Sequence record: OL631478.1
Direction: 5' to 3' (one strand)
Source of the DNA: Escherichia phage ECML-1
Length of the DNA: 64,000 nucleotides
The position numbers and the translations under genes are program-made. Each line of letters begins with the position of its first letter. Position 1 is the stretch's first letter. The notes beneath the pieces were generated by a model that saw only the letters and a list, made by a program, of their open reading frames with translations, was not told the origin of the DNA and did not search any database. This document shows, in pieces, positions 45,899 through 54,075 of this stretch.

Positions 45899-46968
45899 TT
45901 AACCAGCACCCAATCTTTTTAGGTGGCGAGAGAAAAACTTTTGACTCACTTAACAAGCACTACCCAAAAATCTTTGAACTTTATAAACAACAAAAAGCAC
46001 AAGATTGGTCAGAAGATGAGTTCCCTTTTGAACAATCACGTCTTGATTTTGAGAGTGTCCCAGCATCAATGTCAGGTGTAATGCTTGAGATTCTTAAGTG
46101 GCAATGGGAAGCGGATACTCAAGTTGCTAAGAGCTTGGCATTTGCCTTTGCACCATTTATCTCTGATGACATCTATGCAACTGCAATTATGAAGCAGTCT
46201 GAGATTGAAAACCTACATGCTCTTACTTACTCAGAGATTGTAAGGCAATGTATTAAAAACCCTGAAACAATCTTAGATGAGATTAACCAGAATGTTGCTG
46301 TGCAAGACCGATTAAAAACTGTGAATCGTGTTCTTGAAGAATTACTGGATGAAGGCATAAACTATCGTCTCAGTTATGTGCGTGACTCACTTCTGGACAA
46401 AGACCCATTACACTTCCATAAAGTGATTCTAAAAGGTCTATTTGCAGTGACTGCACTTGAAGGCATTTCCTTCATGGCATCCTTTGCATGTACCTTTGCA
46501 CTTGATGCTCAGGATAAATTTCAGGGTATTGCTCAAGCTGTCCAGAAAATTATGCTTGATGAAATCCTTCACACCAAGATTGATATTGAAGTTTTAAAAG
46601 AAACTTTAAGAGATGATGAGTGGCAGAAAGCTTTTCAACAAATTCTTCCAGAGATTAAAGTAATCTTAGATGAAGTAGTTGAAAGTGAAGAGAAATGGTC
46701 GTATTATATCTTCTCCGAAGGACGTGCTGTAGTTGGCTTAAATACAAAACTTCTTCATGAGTGGGTTTACTATAATGCTGCCCCACTGTATGATATGTTT
46801 GGCATTCCCAGAGATTTTGTAGCTCCTAAAGAACCACCTTTGAAGTATATGATTAAGAAGATGGAAATTGATAAAGAGCAGAATGCTAATCAGGAGCAAC
46901 AGAACGGTGCGTACCTGTTGAATACTGTTGTAGATGATTTGAATAGTGGATTTTTAGAGGTTCCTTAA
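45895..46968 (+). CDS. nrdB: Ribonucleoside-diphosphate reductase beta subunit (class I)
   Basis: Position between NrdA and glutaredoxin-like gene; ~357 aa from ATG after AAAGGAGAAA RBS; motif-level evidence limited. Confidence 0.7.
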   Translation: MINQHPIFLGGERKTFDSLNKHYPKIFELYKQQKAQDWSEDEFPFEQSRLDFESVPASMSGVMLEILKWQWEADTQVAKSLAFAFAPFISDDIYATAIMKQSEIENLHALTYSEIVRQCIKNPETILDEINQNVAVQDRLKTVNRVLEELLDEGINYRLSYVRDSLLDKDPLHFHKVILKGLFAVTALEGISFMASFACTFALDAQDKFQGIAQAVQKIMLDEILHTKIDIEVLKETLRDDEWQKAFQQILPEIKVILDEVVESEEKWSYYIFSEGRAVVGLNTKLLHEWVYYNAAPLYDMFGIPRDFVAPKEPPLKYMIKKMEIDKEQNANQEQQNGAYLLNTVVDDLNSGFLEVP

Positions 46969-47210
46969 TGACTTATGTGATTTACTCCAAAACTGGATGC
47001 CCTCAGTGTGAGACTGCAAAGAATTTTGCAAAAGCTCGTGGTATTGACCATGTTGTGAGAATGTTAGGGCAGGACTATGAACTGTCAGACCTGATGGATA
47101 TTGCACAGATGCCAGTTCGTCAGATGCCATTCATCATGAAAACTGATGGACAAAACCTAAAACCTGTTGGGACGCTACAGAATTTTATGGCAGAGGTGAA
47201 TAATGCTTAA
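46968..47210 (+). CDS. nrdH: Glutaredoxin-like protein (NrdH-type)
   Basis: 80 aa with CPQC redox motif near N-terminus. Confidence 0.6.
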   Translation: MTYVIYSKTGCPQCETAKNFAKARGIDHVVRMLGQDYELSDLMDIAQMPVRQMPFIMKTDGQNLKPVGTLQNFMAEVNNA

Positions 47211-47409
47211 ACGCATTTGGGAAGGTTTGGTTGTCGATGCACCAGCTATTGTGATTGGTATGCTGATTGTTAACCTATTTACTGATTTTGAACAAGGTTC
47301 ATTGTTTGGGGCCATGTTACTATGGGTTATCTTTGAAATATTAGAGATACAGTTAGGTATCACTGAAAAACTGAGAAAACTCTTTGCGAAGTTTTCTAAA
47401 AAGATTTAA
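47203..47409 (+). CDS. Small hydrophobic membrane protein
   Basis: 68 aa, two hydrophobic segments. Confidence 0.35.
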   Translation: MLKRIWEGLVVDAPAIVIGMLIVNLFTDFEQGSLFGAMLLWVIFEILEIQLGITEKLRKLFAKFSKKI

Positions 47410-47417
47410 AATGAAAG

Positions 47418-47438
47418 GGTCTCTTCGGAGACCTTTTT
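47418..47438 (+). terminator. Rho-independent terminator
   Basis: GGTCTC-TTCG-GAGACC hairpin followed by TTTTT. Confidence 0.6.
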
Positions 47439-47457
47439 AGCATGTAAAGGGGCAATA

Positions 47458-49602
47458 ATGAACAAAGTACAGATTATTAAAAAGAATGGCTCACTTGAAG
47501 AACCTGATATCAAAAAAGTTTTAGCAGCAGTCACAAAGTCAGCTAACAGAGTTGGTTATAAAGAGCTTCCACCAGATGTTACTCAAGCTCTTGAGTCAGC
47601 ATTTATGAGGATTCTGGTAAAGTCCACTAAGCAGAATAATTTGCTAATTTCTGTAAATGATATTCACAGTATTGTTGAAGGTGCTTTGGCAGAGGTCAAT
47701 CACGAGATTTATGAGTCTTACTCAACATACAGAAATTACCGTAAAGAGGTTGCTCAAAATTGGGACGAACTCTACCAGAAGACTAAAGATACACTCTTCT
47801 TAGGTGACCGTGAAAATGCTAACTTTGACAGCAGTTTAATTTCTACGAAAGGTTCAATTATCCGTGGTTACCTGACTAAAGAAATATTTAAACAGTATCA
47901 TCTAACACCAGAGGAACTTGAAGCCATTGAGAAAGGCTTTATCTATATCCACGATTTGAGAGACCTGATTTTTGGTGGTATTAACTGTTGCCTGTTTGAC
48001 ATTGGTAAAGTACTAAAAGGTGGCTTTGAAATGTCCGGCATTGAGTACTGTGAACCTAAATCTGTACTGTCAGCGTTGCAGGTTATTGGTGACGTAGTAC
48101 TTTCAGCAACTGCACAGCAATTTGGTGGTTTTACTTTAGCAGAGATTGATAAGGTACTTGTACCGTATGCTAAGAAGTCTCTACGCTATCATGCTGAGAA
48201 AGCATCATCTTATGGTATTCCTAAAGAGCATTACCACAATTATGTAATGGAGCAGCTACAGATTGAACTAACTCAAGGTTTCCAGTCACTTGAAATGAAA
48301 CTAAATACCGTACCTTGTAGCCGTGGGGATTTTGCATTTACAACTTTGACATTCGGGTTACTTGACTCAGATATGTCTAATGAAGATAACCGACTGCAAT
48401 ATATGATTGCAAGTACTCTCCTAGATGTTCGTATGAATGGACAAGGTAAGAGCAAGAAACCTGTTGTATTCCCTAAACTGGTTTATATTTATGACCAGAA
48501 GAGACATAATGAGAATATCTGTCAAGGCCACCTGTACAGTAAAGCTATAGAGTGTTGCTCTAAAGCGATGTATCCAGATTTCTTAAGTGTATCTGGTCAT
48601 GGTGCTGTAGCAGAAGCTTTTGAGCGTTCTGGCAAGGTAATCTCGCCGATGGGTTGTAGAGCCTTCTTATCTCCATATCTTAACGAGGATGGGGAAGAGT
48701 TTTACGTTGGTCGTGCTAACATTGGTGCTGTATCTTTGAACTTGCCAATGATTTACCAGTACTCTAAAGAGAATGGTTTAGATTTCTGGAAAGAGCTTGA
48801 TAAGTACCTAGAGATGATTCGCAACTTCCACAAGAAACGCTACGAAATGATTGCTAATATGCCAGCAAGTTCTAACCCTCTTGCGTTCACACAAGGTGGT
48901 CTGTACAAAGGAACTAAGAAACCTACTGACAAGGTTGGTTGGGATATTGTGAAGTCCTTCACAGCTTCTTTTGGTGTTACTGCGCTTGATGAGTTGTCTG
49001 TTCTTGCTGAAGGTAAACGACTTCATGAAGTTGGAAGCTATAGTTTTGCATATGATGTTCTGGCATACATTAACATGAAAACCGAAGAGTTTAAAAATGA
49101 AGATGGCTTCTTATATGCCGTCTATGGTACTCCAGCAGAATCACTTTGTGGAACTCAGTTAAAACAGTTCAGAGATATGTTTGGCGTCATTAAAGGTGTC
49201 TCTGACAAGGAATACTTTACAAACAGTTTCCATATGAATGTTGCAGCAGACATCTCACCATTTGAGAAGCAGGACTTAGAAGAGCCATTCTTCCATATCT
49301 GTAGAGGCGGCAGAATCCAGTATGTAAGGGTAGCTAACCCAGAAAACTTGCCAGCACTTAAAAGTTGTATTACCAGAGGGATGTTGAAGGGTTTTTATCA
49401 GGGACTTAACTTTGACTTAGCAATCTGTGAACATTGTGGTAACAGACCAAAGGCTGATGTTGAAGAATGTGAGGTTTGCCATTCACACGACATCTCTGTG
49501 ATTAACAGGGTGTGCGGATATCTTGGGTGGACTAAGATTAAAGGTGAATCTCGAATGAATGATGCAAAAATCGCTGAGATTCGTGACAGAATTTCTATGT
49601 AA
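47458..49602 (+). CDS. nrdD: Anaerobic ribonucleoside-triphosphate reductase (class III)
   Basis: C-terminal glycyl-radical motif RVCGYLG and Cys cluster CEHCGN...CEVC; N-terminal ATP-cone-like. Confidence 0.85.
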   Translation: MNKVQIIKKNGSLEEPDIKKVLAAVTKSANRVGYKELPPDVTQALESAFMRILVKSTKQNNLLISVNDIHSIVEGALAEVNHEIYESYSTYRNYRKEVAQNWDELYQKTKDTLFLGDRENANFDSSLISTKGSIIRGYLTKEIFKQYHLTPEELEAIEKGFIYIHDLRDLIFGGINCCLFDIGKVLKGGFEMSGIEYCEPKSVLSALQVIGDVVLSATAQQFGGFTLAEIDKVLVPYAKKSLRYHAEKASSYGIPKEHYHNYVMEQLQIELTQGFQSLEMKLNTVPCSRGDFAFTTLTFGLLDSDMSNEDNRLQYMIASTLLDVRMNGQGKSKKPVVFPKLVYIYDQKRHNENICQGHLYSKAIECCSKAMYPDFLSVSGHGAVAEAFERSGKVISPMGCRAFLSPYLNEDGEEFYVGRANIGAVSLNLPMIYQYSKENGLDFWKELDKYLEMIRNFHKKRYEMIANMPASSNPLAFTQGGLYKGTKKPTDKVGWDIVKSFTASFGVTALDELSVLAEGKRLHEVGSYSFAYDVLAYINMKTEEFKNEDGFLYAVYGTPAESLCGTQLKQFRDMFGVIKGVSDKEYFTNSFHMNVAADISPFEKQDLEEPFFHICRGGRIQYVRVANPENLPALKSCITRGMLKGFYQGLNFDLAICEHCGNRPKADVEECEVCHSHDISVINRVCGYLGWTKIKGESRMNDAKIAEIRDRISM

Positions 49603-49610
49603 AACTTGAC

Positions 49611-49651
49611 AAGGTGATGTGGGTCTTGATAGGCTTGCATCACCTTTTTTA
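49611..49651 (+). terminator. Candidate terminator after nrdD (long-loop hairpin)
   Basis: AAGGTGATG / CATCACCTT stem with 18-nt loop followed by TTTTTT; overlaps a TTGACAAGGTG motif. Confidence 0.45.
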
Positions 49652-49756
49652 TTGGATGTTAGATATGGCAGAGAACATCATTGGCCTATTCATAGGTTCT
49701 GTCTTACTAGGGTTCTTTTTAGGACTCTCTTATTGTGAATTGAGAGATAAGTTAAA

Positions 49757-49957
49757 ATGTTTAAGATATCAAAAACGATGATATACATACTCCACATTCT
49801 AATCTTCTTCTTTGGGGTTAGTGTTATGTTATGGGGTTTTTCAGACCCACAATGGAGTTTATCATATCATGGTCAGATGGATTTATGGTCATGCTTCAAA
49901 CCATTTTTAGGGTTAGCTATAGCATTCAGTGCATTACCAACTAAGGTGAAATTATGA
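49757..49957 (+). CDS. Small membrane protein
   Basis: 66 aa, hydrophobic. Confidence 0.35.
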   Translation: MFKISKTMIYILHILIFFFGVSVMLWGFSDPQWSLSYHGQMDLWSCFKPFLGLAIAFSALPTKVKL

Positions 49958-50349
49958 TTAAGTTAAACCAAAAACAGTTAGAGTGGATTAAAGATTACGC
50001 CTCAGAGTGTGGCTCTTGCGAAAAGAATCACGTAAAATACTCAACATTCCATACGGCCTTCACATTGTATATCAGCGACAACGTTCTAAGCGATTCCGTA
50101 GAAGATGGTGTAGCATTGCCTAATGAATTGCTTGATAAATTAGCTGTAGTCACTGGAACGTGGAGTGAAGAAGATGGTCACGAGCTATCTGACGATGTTG
50201 TCTTCTACAGTCTTGAAAATATTATGAATCCAGAGTACATTATGCTAATGACTTGTGCACAAGACTGTGTGCCACTACAAAACTTCATTAAAGAGCACTG
50301 TGAAGAATTTATTACTAAACAGGTTCCTTGTCAGGTGGTGTTTGAATGA
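49954..50349 (+). CDS. Hypothetical protein
   Basis: 131 aa ORF. Confidence 0.4.
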   Translation: MIKLNQKQLEWIKDYASECGSCEKNHVKYSTFHTAFTLYISDNVLSDSVEDGVALPNELLDKLAVVTGTWSEEDGHELSDDVVFYSLENIMNPEYIMLMTCAQDCVPLQNFIKEHCEEFITKQVPCQVVFE

Positions 50350-50645
50350 GTAAAACAATTCGAAGAAAAGGTTTAAAGAACGTTCATGGACTCTATGAGT
50401 GGAGAAATGAGGTACGTAACAGAGAAAATGCTTCAGATGTCTACTTCCATTCTGATATGATGTCCAGAAAAGGTGGCTCTTACGACTTCACAAGCCAGCC
50501 TTGTAGAGAGATTAAGAAGGCCACTAAACGTCTTACAAGAACACAAATAAGGCAGCTTTCTAAGACATCCTTCTTAGATGAAGATTTTGATATTGATAGC
50601 AAGTCTCCAAAGAAAGCCGCTAAGAACACTTATATGTATTGGTGA
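50346..50645 (+). CDS. Hypothetical protein
   Basis: 99 aa ORF, coupled start. Confidence 0.4.
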   Translation: MSKTIRRKGLKNVHGLYEWRNEVRNRENASDVYFHSDMMSRKGGSYDFTSQPCREIKKATKRLTRTQIRQLSKTSFLDEDFDIDSKSPKKAAKNTYMYW

Positions 50646-50654
50646 GGTAACTAG

Positions 50655-51140
50655 ATGAATTACATGGAGATTCGACCATTTGACACAGCTAATGGTGAAG
50701 GGGTTCGTGTAAGCCTCTTCGTAGCTGGTTGTAAGCATCACTGTGAAGGTTGCTTTAATAAGGAATCTTGGAAGTTTAATGCTGGTAAAGAGTTCACTTA
50801 TGCAAACCTCTATGGCATCATTAAATTAATGGATGATAATGCCGTCAGTGGGTTGTCAATACTTGGTGGAGAACCTCTGGATGATAGAAATATTCAAGAG
50901 GTTACCAACATATGCAAACGTATTAAAACCGTTTACCCAGAAAAATCTATCTGGCTATGGACAGGTTTTCAGTTACACGAAAAAATTCACCTAGATGTGA
51001 TGAAATATGTTGACGTGGTGATTGATGGTAAGTATGATTCATCTAAACCAACAGTTAAACCATATCGTGGTTCTGATAACCAAAACCTCTGGAGAAAAGA
51101 GTACGGATGGCAAGGTGATTGTCAGTGGAGAGCAGAGTGA
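50655..51140 (+). CDS. nrdG: Anaerobic RNR activating protein (radical SAM)
   Basis: CKHHCEGC (CxxxCxxC) radical-SAM cluster motif near N-terminus; 161 aa. Confidence 0.8.
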   Translation: MNYMEIRPFDTANGEGVRVSLFVAGCKHHCEGCFNKESWKFNAGKEFTYANLYGIIKLMDDNAVSGLSILGGEPLDDRNIQEVTNICKRIKTVYPEKSIWLWTGFQLHEKIHLDVMKYVDVVIDGKYDSSKPTVKPYRGSDNQNLWRKEYGWQGDCQWRAE

Positions 51141-51236
51141 TTATTCTGGCAAATGGACTAAGGTATAACTCCAATTGGTATCACTGAAGAAGAACTTCAT
51201 AAGTTCTGTATTAAACTTTAATGAGAGAGACTAAAA

Positions 51237-51503
51237 ATGGGAATTTTAGGTAATATGAAAGCTGGATTCTTGAAGGCACTGGAAAAAGCAGCAGCAATTG
51301 TTTCTATGACTGGAAAGCAGGTCGGTGTAGATGCTTCAGCGGTTGCACAGGTTCTTGCAAGCCAAATTGAACAGCAGCCTTACATCTACGTAGGACGTGG
51401 TAAAGGTGGTAAGAAACAAGCCCACCGCCAATCTGGTGCAGCAGCTATTAAACGAGCAGCTAAGAAAGCTCGTAACCGTAAACGTAACAAGAAGGTTAAA
51501 TAA
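51237..51503 (+). CDS. Hypothetical protein with basic C-terminus
   Basis: 88 aa ORF, Lys/Arg-rich tail. Confidence 0.4.
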   Translation: MGILGNMKAGFLKALEKAAAIVSMTGKQVGVDASAVAQVLASQIEQQPYIYVGRGKGGKKQAHRQSGAAAIKRAAKKARNRKRNKKVK

Positions 51504-51505
51504 CC

Positions 51506-51826
51506 ATGAGCAAAGTTTATAACACTCGTAAATTACAGATTTTCGTACTGTGCCAGTTTATGGCTAAAGAATACAACTTCTACTATTGTGGTACAGGTTT
51601 TATTAGCGATGATGATGGCTCATACCTCCCATTCAAAGAAGCTGTAAAACTCTTTAATGAAGAGAAAAGCTCTAAGAAAGATATTGAAAAGGTTAAGCTA
51701 ACCTACAGCAAGAAAGATAAGAAGATTATCTGCCTAGATAACTTTGTGAAAGTTACTGGAGAAGCAAAAGAGTTTATGGATGAGAGTGATATTTCATTCA
51801 CAAGCATCTTGAAAGTAGCTCAGTAA
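51506..51826 (+). CDS. Hypothetical protein
   Basis: 106 aa ORF. Confidence 0.4.
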   Translation: MSKVYNTRKLQIFVLCQFMAKEYNFYYCGTGFISDDDGSYLPFKEAVKLFNEEKSSKKDIEKVKLTYSKKDKKIICLDNFVKVTGEAKEFMDESDISFTSILKVAQ

Positions 51827-51839
51827 ACAGATACTATAA

Positions 51840-51867
51840 GGGGACTGTAAAGGTTCCCTTTTTATTT
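51840..51867 (+). terminator. Rho-independent terminator
   Basis: GGGGAC-TGTAAAG-GTTCCC hairpin (one G-U pair) followed by TTTTTATTTT. Confidence 0.55.
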
Positions 51868-51877
51868 TGGAGGTAAA

Positions 51878-52393
51878 ATGTATCTGTCAAACCTGAAACG
51901 TTCGGTTGCAATGTCAGTTCTAAGACTCAGCTTTGATGAGCGTCAAGAGTTTATAGACTCCCACAAATATGACCCTTCAAATTCTAATCACATGGTTCTT
52001 TGGAATCGTGATAACTTCCGTGAAAGAGCACTTGTCCGTTATTACCCACACTACACAATAGATAACCTGTATGAATGGTGTGTTGTGAAGAACACCATTG
52101 CAACACTGAACAATCTTTGCAGGTATACGGGTAAGCAAACATTTACATTAGGTCATCACAAACCTGTTACAAAAGGTGGTGAACATCACTGTGCAAACTG
52201 GTTTATCCAAACTAAAACTGATAACCAGAAGCAAGGAGATAGCCTCCTAAGTATCCCTAAGATGACCTATGAAGAGCAAGAGAAATATATCAAAAATAAT
52301 ATGCCAGATGTGCTTGACAACAACTATACAGATTTGGCAATATCTCTCCTGTTGAAGTTCGAGACAGTTTATAGGGCAACTTATAATGGCTAA
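51878..52393 (+). CDS. HNH endonuclease
   Basis: LGHHKPVTKGGEHHCANWFIQTKTDNQ matches HNH nuclease core. Confidence 0.55.
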   Translation: MYLSNLKRSVAMSVLRLSFDERQEFIDSHKYDPSNSNHMVLWNRDNFRERALVRYYPHYTIDNLYEWCVVKNTIATLNNLCRYTGKQTFTLGHHKPVTKGGEHHCANWFIQTKTDNQKQGDSLLSIPKMTYEEQEKYIKNNMPDVLDNNYTDLAISLLLKFETVYRATYNG

Positions 52394-52664
52394 AGAAAAG
52401 TGGGAGATTTTACCATTAGTCAGTGAAGGTGGTAATGGTTGTGAGATGTACATGATACGTGGTCATGTTCCAGAACCAATTGCACTTGAGATGGTAAACA
52501 ACTTTACAGATGGTTCTTACAAAGACTTAGGAGAGCCAACTATAAAGCATCAATGGGTAAAGCCTGTACCAGACAGCACAGGTAACTGTAGTGTACTTTA
52601 CCACGTTGTAGACCCTGTAAAATGCAAATCTGCAATGGCAGTAACAAACGTAACCTTTGATTGA
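52386..52664 (+). CDS. Hypothetical protein
   Basis: 92 aa ORF. Confidence 0.4.
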   Translation: MAKEKWEILPLVSEGGNGCEMYMIRGHVPEPIALEMVNNFTDGSYKDLGEPTIKHQWVKPVPDSTGNCSVLYHVVDPVKCKSAMAVTNVTFD

Positions 52665-52679
52665 GATAGAGAGAAAACT

Positions 52680-53561
52680 ATGAAAACTGTTATTGAAGCC
52701 GTCATCACCGCACAAGAGAAATTCTTCCACACAGAAAAATTTAATATCATCCAATTCCCATCTGGAGAAATTGGTGGAAACTTCTCTGAAGATTTTGTTA
52801 AGTTTGCTGAGCGTAATGCTGGTAAGATTGATAATGTTATATTTACTGTACAGGGGTATGACAAAGATACACTGTTTGCATTAGCTTTGGCTAAGGATGC
52901 CGTTGACAGTCTTGTTCCCCAGAAATCAGCGATGAAAACCGTTGTTTTCGGGTTCTTACCAAATGCTCGATATGACCGCCACATGTTCAAAGGTGATGCA
53001 GCAGCACTGAAAGTCTTTGCCAACCTTGTTAATGCAATGGGTTTTGATGCAGTATGTGCTCTTGACCCTCACAGTAATGTTGCAGAAAACTTATTTAAGT
53101 GTTTTCAGAGCATGAAGCAAAAAGATGTGGCAGTACACTTTGCAAGTGACCCACGCATTGATTTCTTAGTAGCCCCAGATGCAGGTGCAGCTAAGAAGAC
53201 TGAAGATGCCGCTAAAGAGGTAGATAAACCATATATCACAATGTCTAAGGTGCGCAATCTTAAGACTGGAGAAATCACTGGTATGCGAATCCTTGATGAT
53301 GTTGATTTGACAGATAAAACTGTCATGATTCTTGATGATATTTGTGATGGTGGTCGAACCTTCGTAGAAGCAGCGAAACATCTTCGTGAAGCAGGTGCAA
53401 AACGTGTGGAACTCTATGTAACACATGGTATCTTCTCTAAAGGTGTTGAAAACCTTCTTGACAATGGTATTGACCATATTTACACTACAAACTCTTTAGG
53501 CGAAGCTAAAGACCGTGGCTTAACACACTATGGTCAAGTTACTGTAGCAACCATTGATTAG
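52680..53561 (+). CDS. prs: Ribose-phosphate pyrophosphokinase (PRPP synthetase)-like protein; possibly ADP-ribose pyrophosphokinase of a NAD+ reconstitution pathway
   Basis: PRPP/phosphoribosyl-binding loop MILDDICDGGRTF; 293 aa; adjacent to NAMPT-like gene. Confidence 0.7.
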   Translation: MKTVIEAVITAQEKFFHTEKFNIIQFPSGEIGGNFSEDFVKFAERNAGKIDNVIFTVQGYDKDTLFALALAKDAVDSLVPQKSAMKTVVFGFLPNARYDRHMFKGDAAALKVFANLVNAMGFDAVCALDPHSNVAENLFKCFQSMKQKDVAVHFASDPRIDFLVAPDAGAAKKTEDAAKEVDKPYITMSKVRNLKTGEITGMRILDDVDLTDKTVMILDDICDGGRTFVEAAKHLREAGAKRVELYVTHGIFSKGVENLLDNGIDHIYTTNSLGEAKDRGLTHYGQVTVATID

Positions 53562-53569
53562 GTAACAGT

Positions 53570-54061
53570 ATGAATAAGGGTTATTTTGAAAAATACCTAA
53601 TATATGAACCAGATACAGGTTTATTAATTTGGAGAGTAACCCTTTGCAGTACCGCTATTGCTGGTAATGTGGCTGGCACAAGGTCTAAGAAGGGTTATAT
53701 CCAAGTCCAGATAAATAAGAATAGGTACTATGCACATAATATTGCATGGATTATGTCTGGAGGTGAGATACCAAGTGGATATGAGATAGACCACATAGAC
53801 CTTGATAAAGCTAATAATAAGTTGGAGAACTTAAGACTTAGCACAAAGTCACAAAATCAGAGGAATAGAGGTATATACAAGAATAATAAAACTGGTGTGA
53901 AGGGTGTAAGTTTTTGTAAACAAACAGGTCTTTACAAAGCAAGAGTCACGCTTTACCATAAAGAATACTTTTGTGGAAGATTTAAAACGGTAGAAGAAGC
54001 AAAAGAAGCTGTAATTAAAAAGCGAATAGAACTTCATGGTGAGTTTGCAAGACATAACTAA
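53570..54061 (+). CDS. HNH homing endonuclease with AP2-like domain (second paralog)
   Basis: YAHNIAW...EIDHIDLDKANNKLENL and NKTGVKGVSF...LHGEFA; parallels 40659..41174. Confidence 0.65.
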   Translation: MNKGYFEKYLIYEPDTGLLIWRVTLCSTAIAGNVAGTRSKKGYIQVQINKNRYYAHNIAWIMSGGEIPSGYEIDHIDLDKANNKLENLRLSTKSQNQRNRGIYKNNKTGVKGVSFCKQTGLYKARVTLYHKEYFCGRFKTVEEAKEAVIKKRIELHGEFARHN

Positions 54062-54075
54062 GAGAGAGATAAAAT

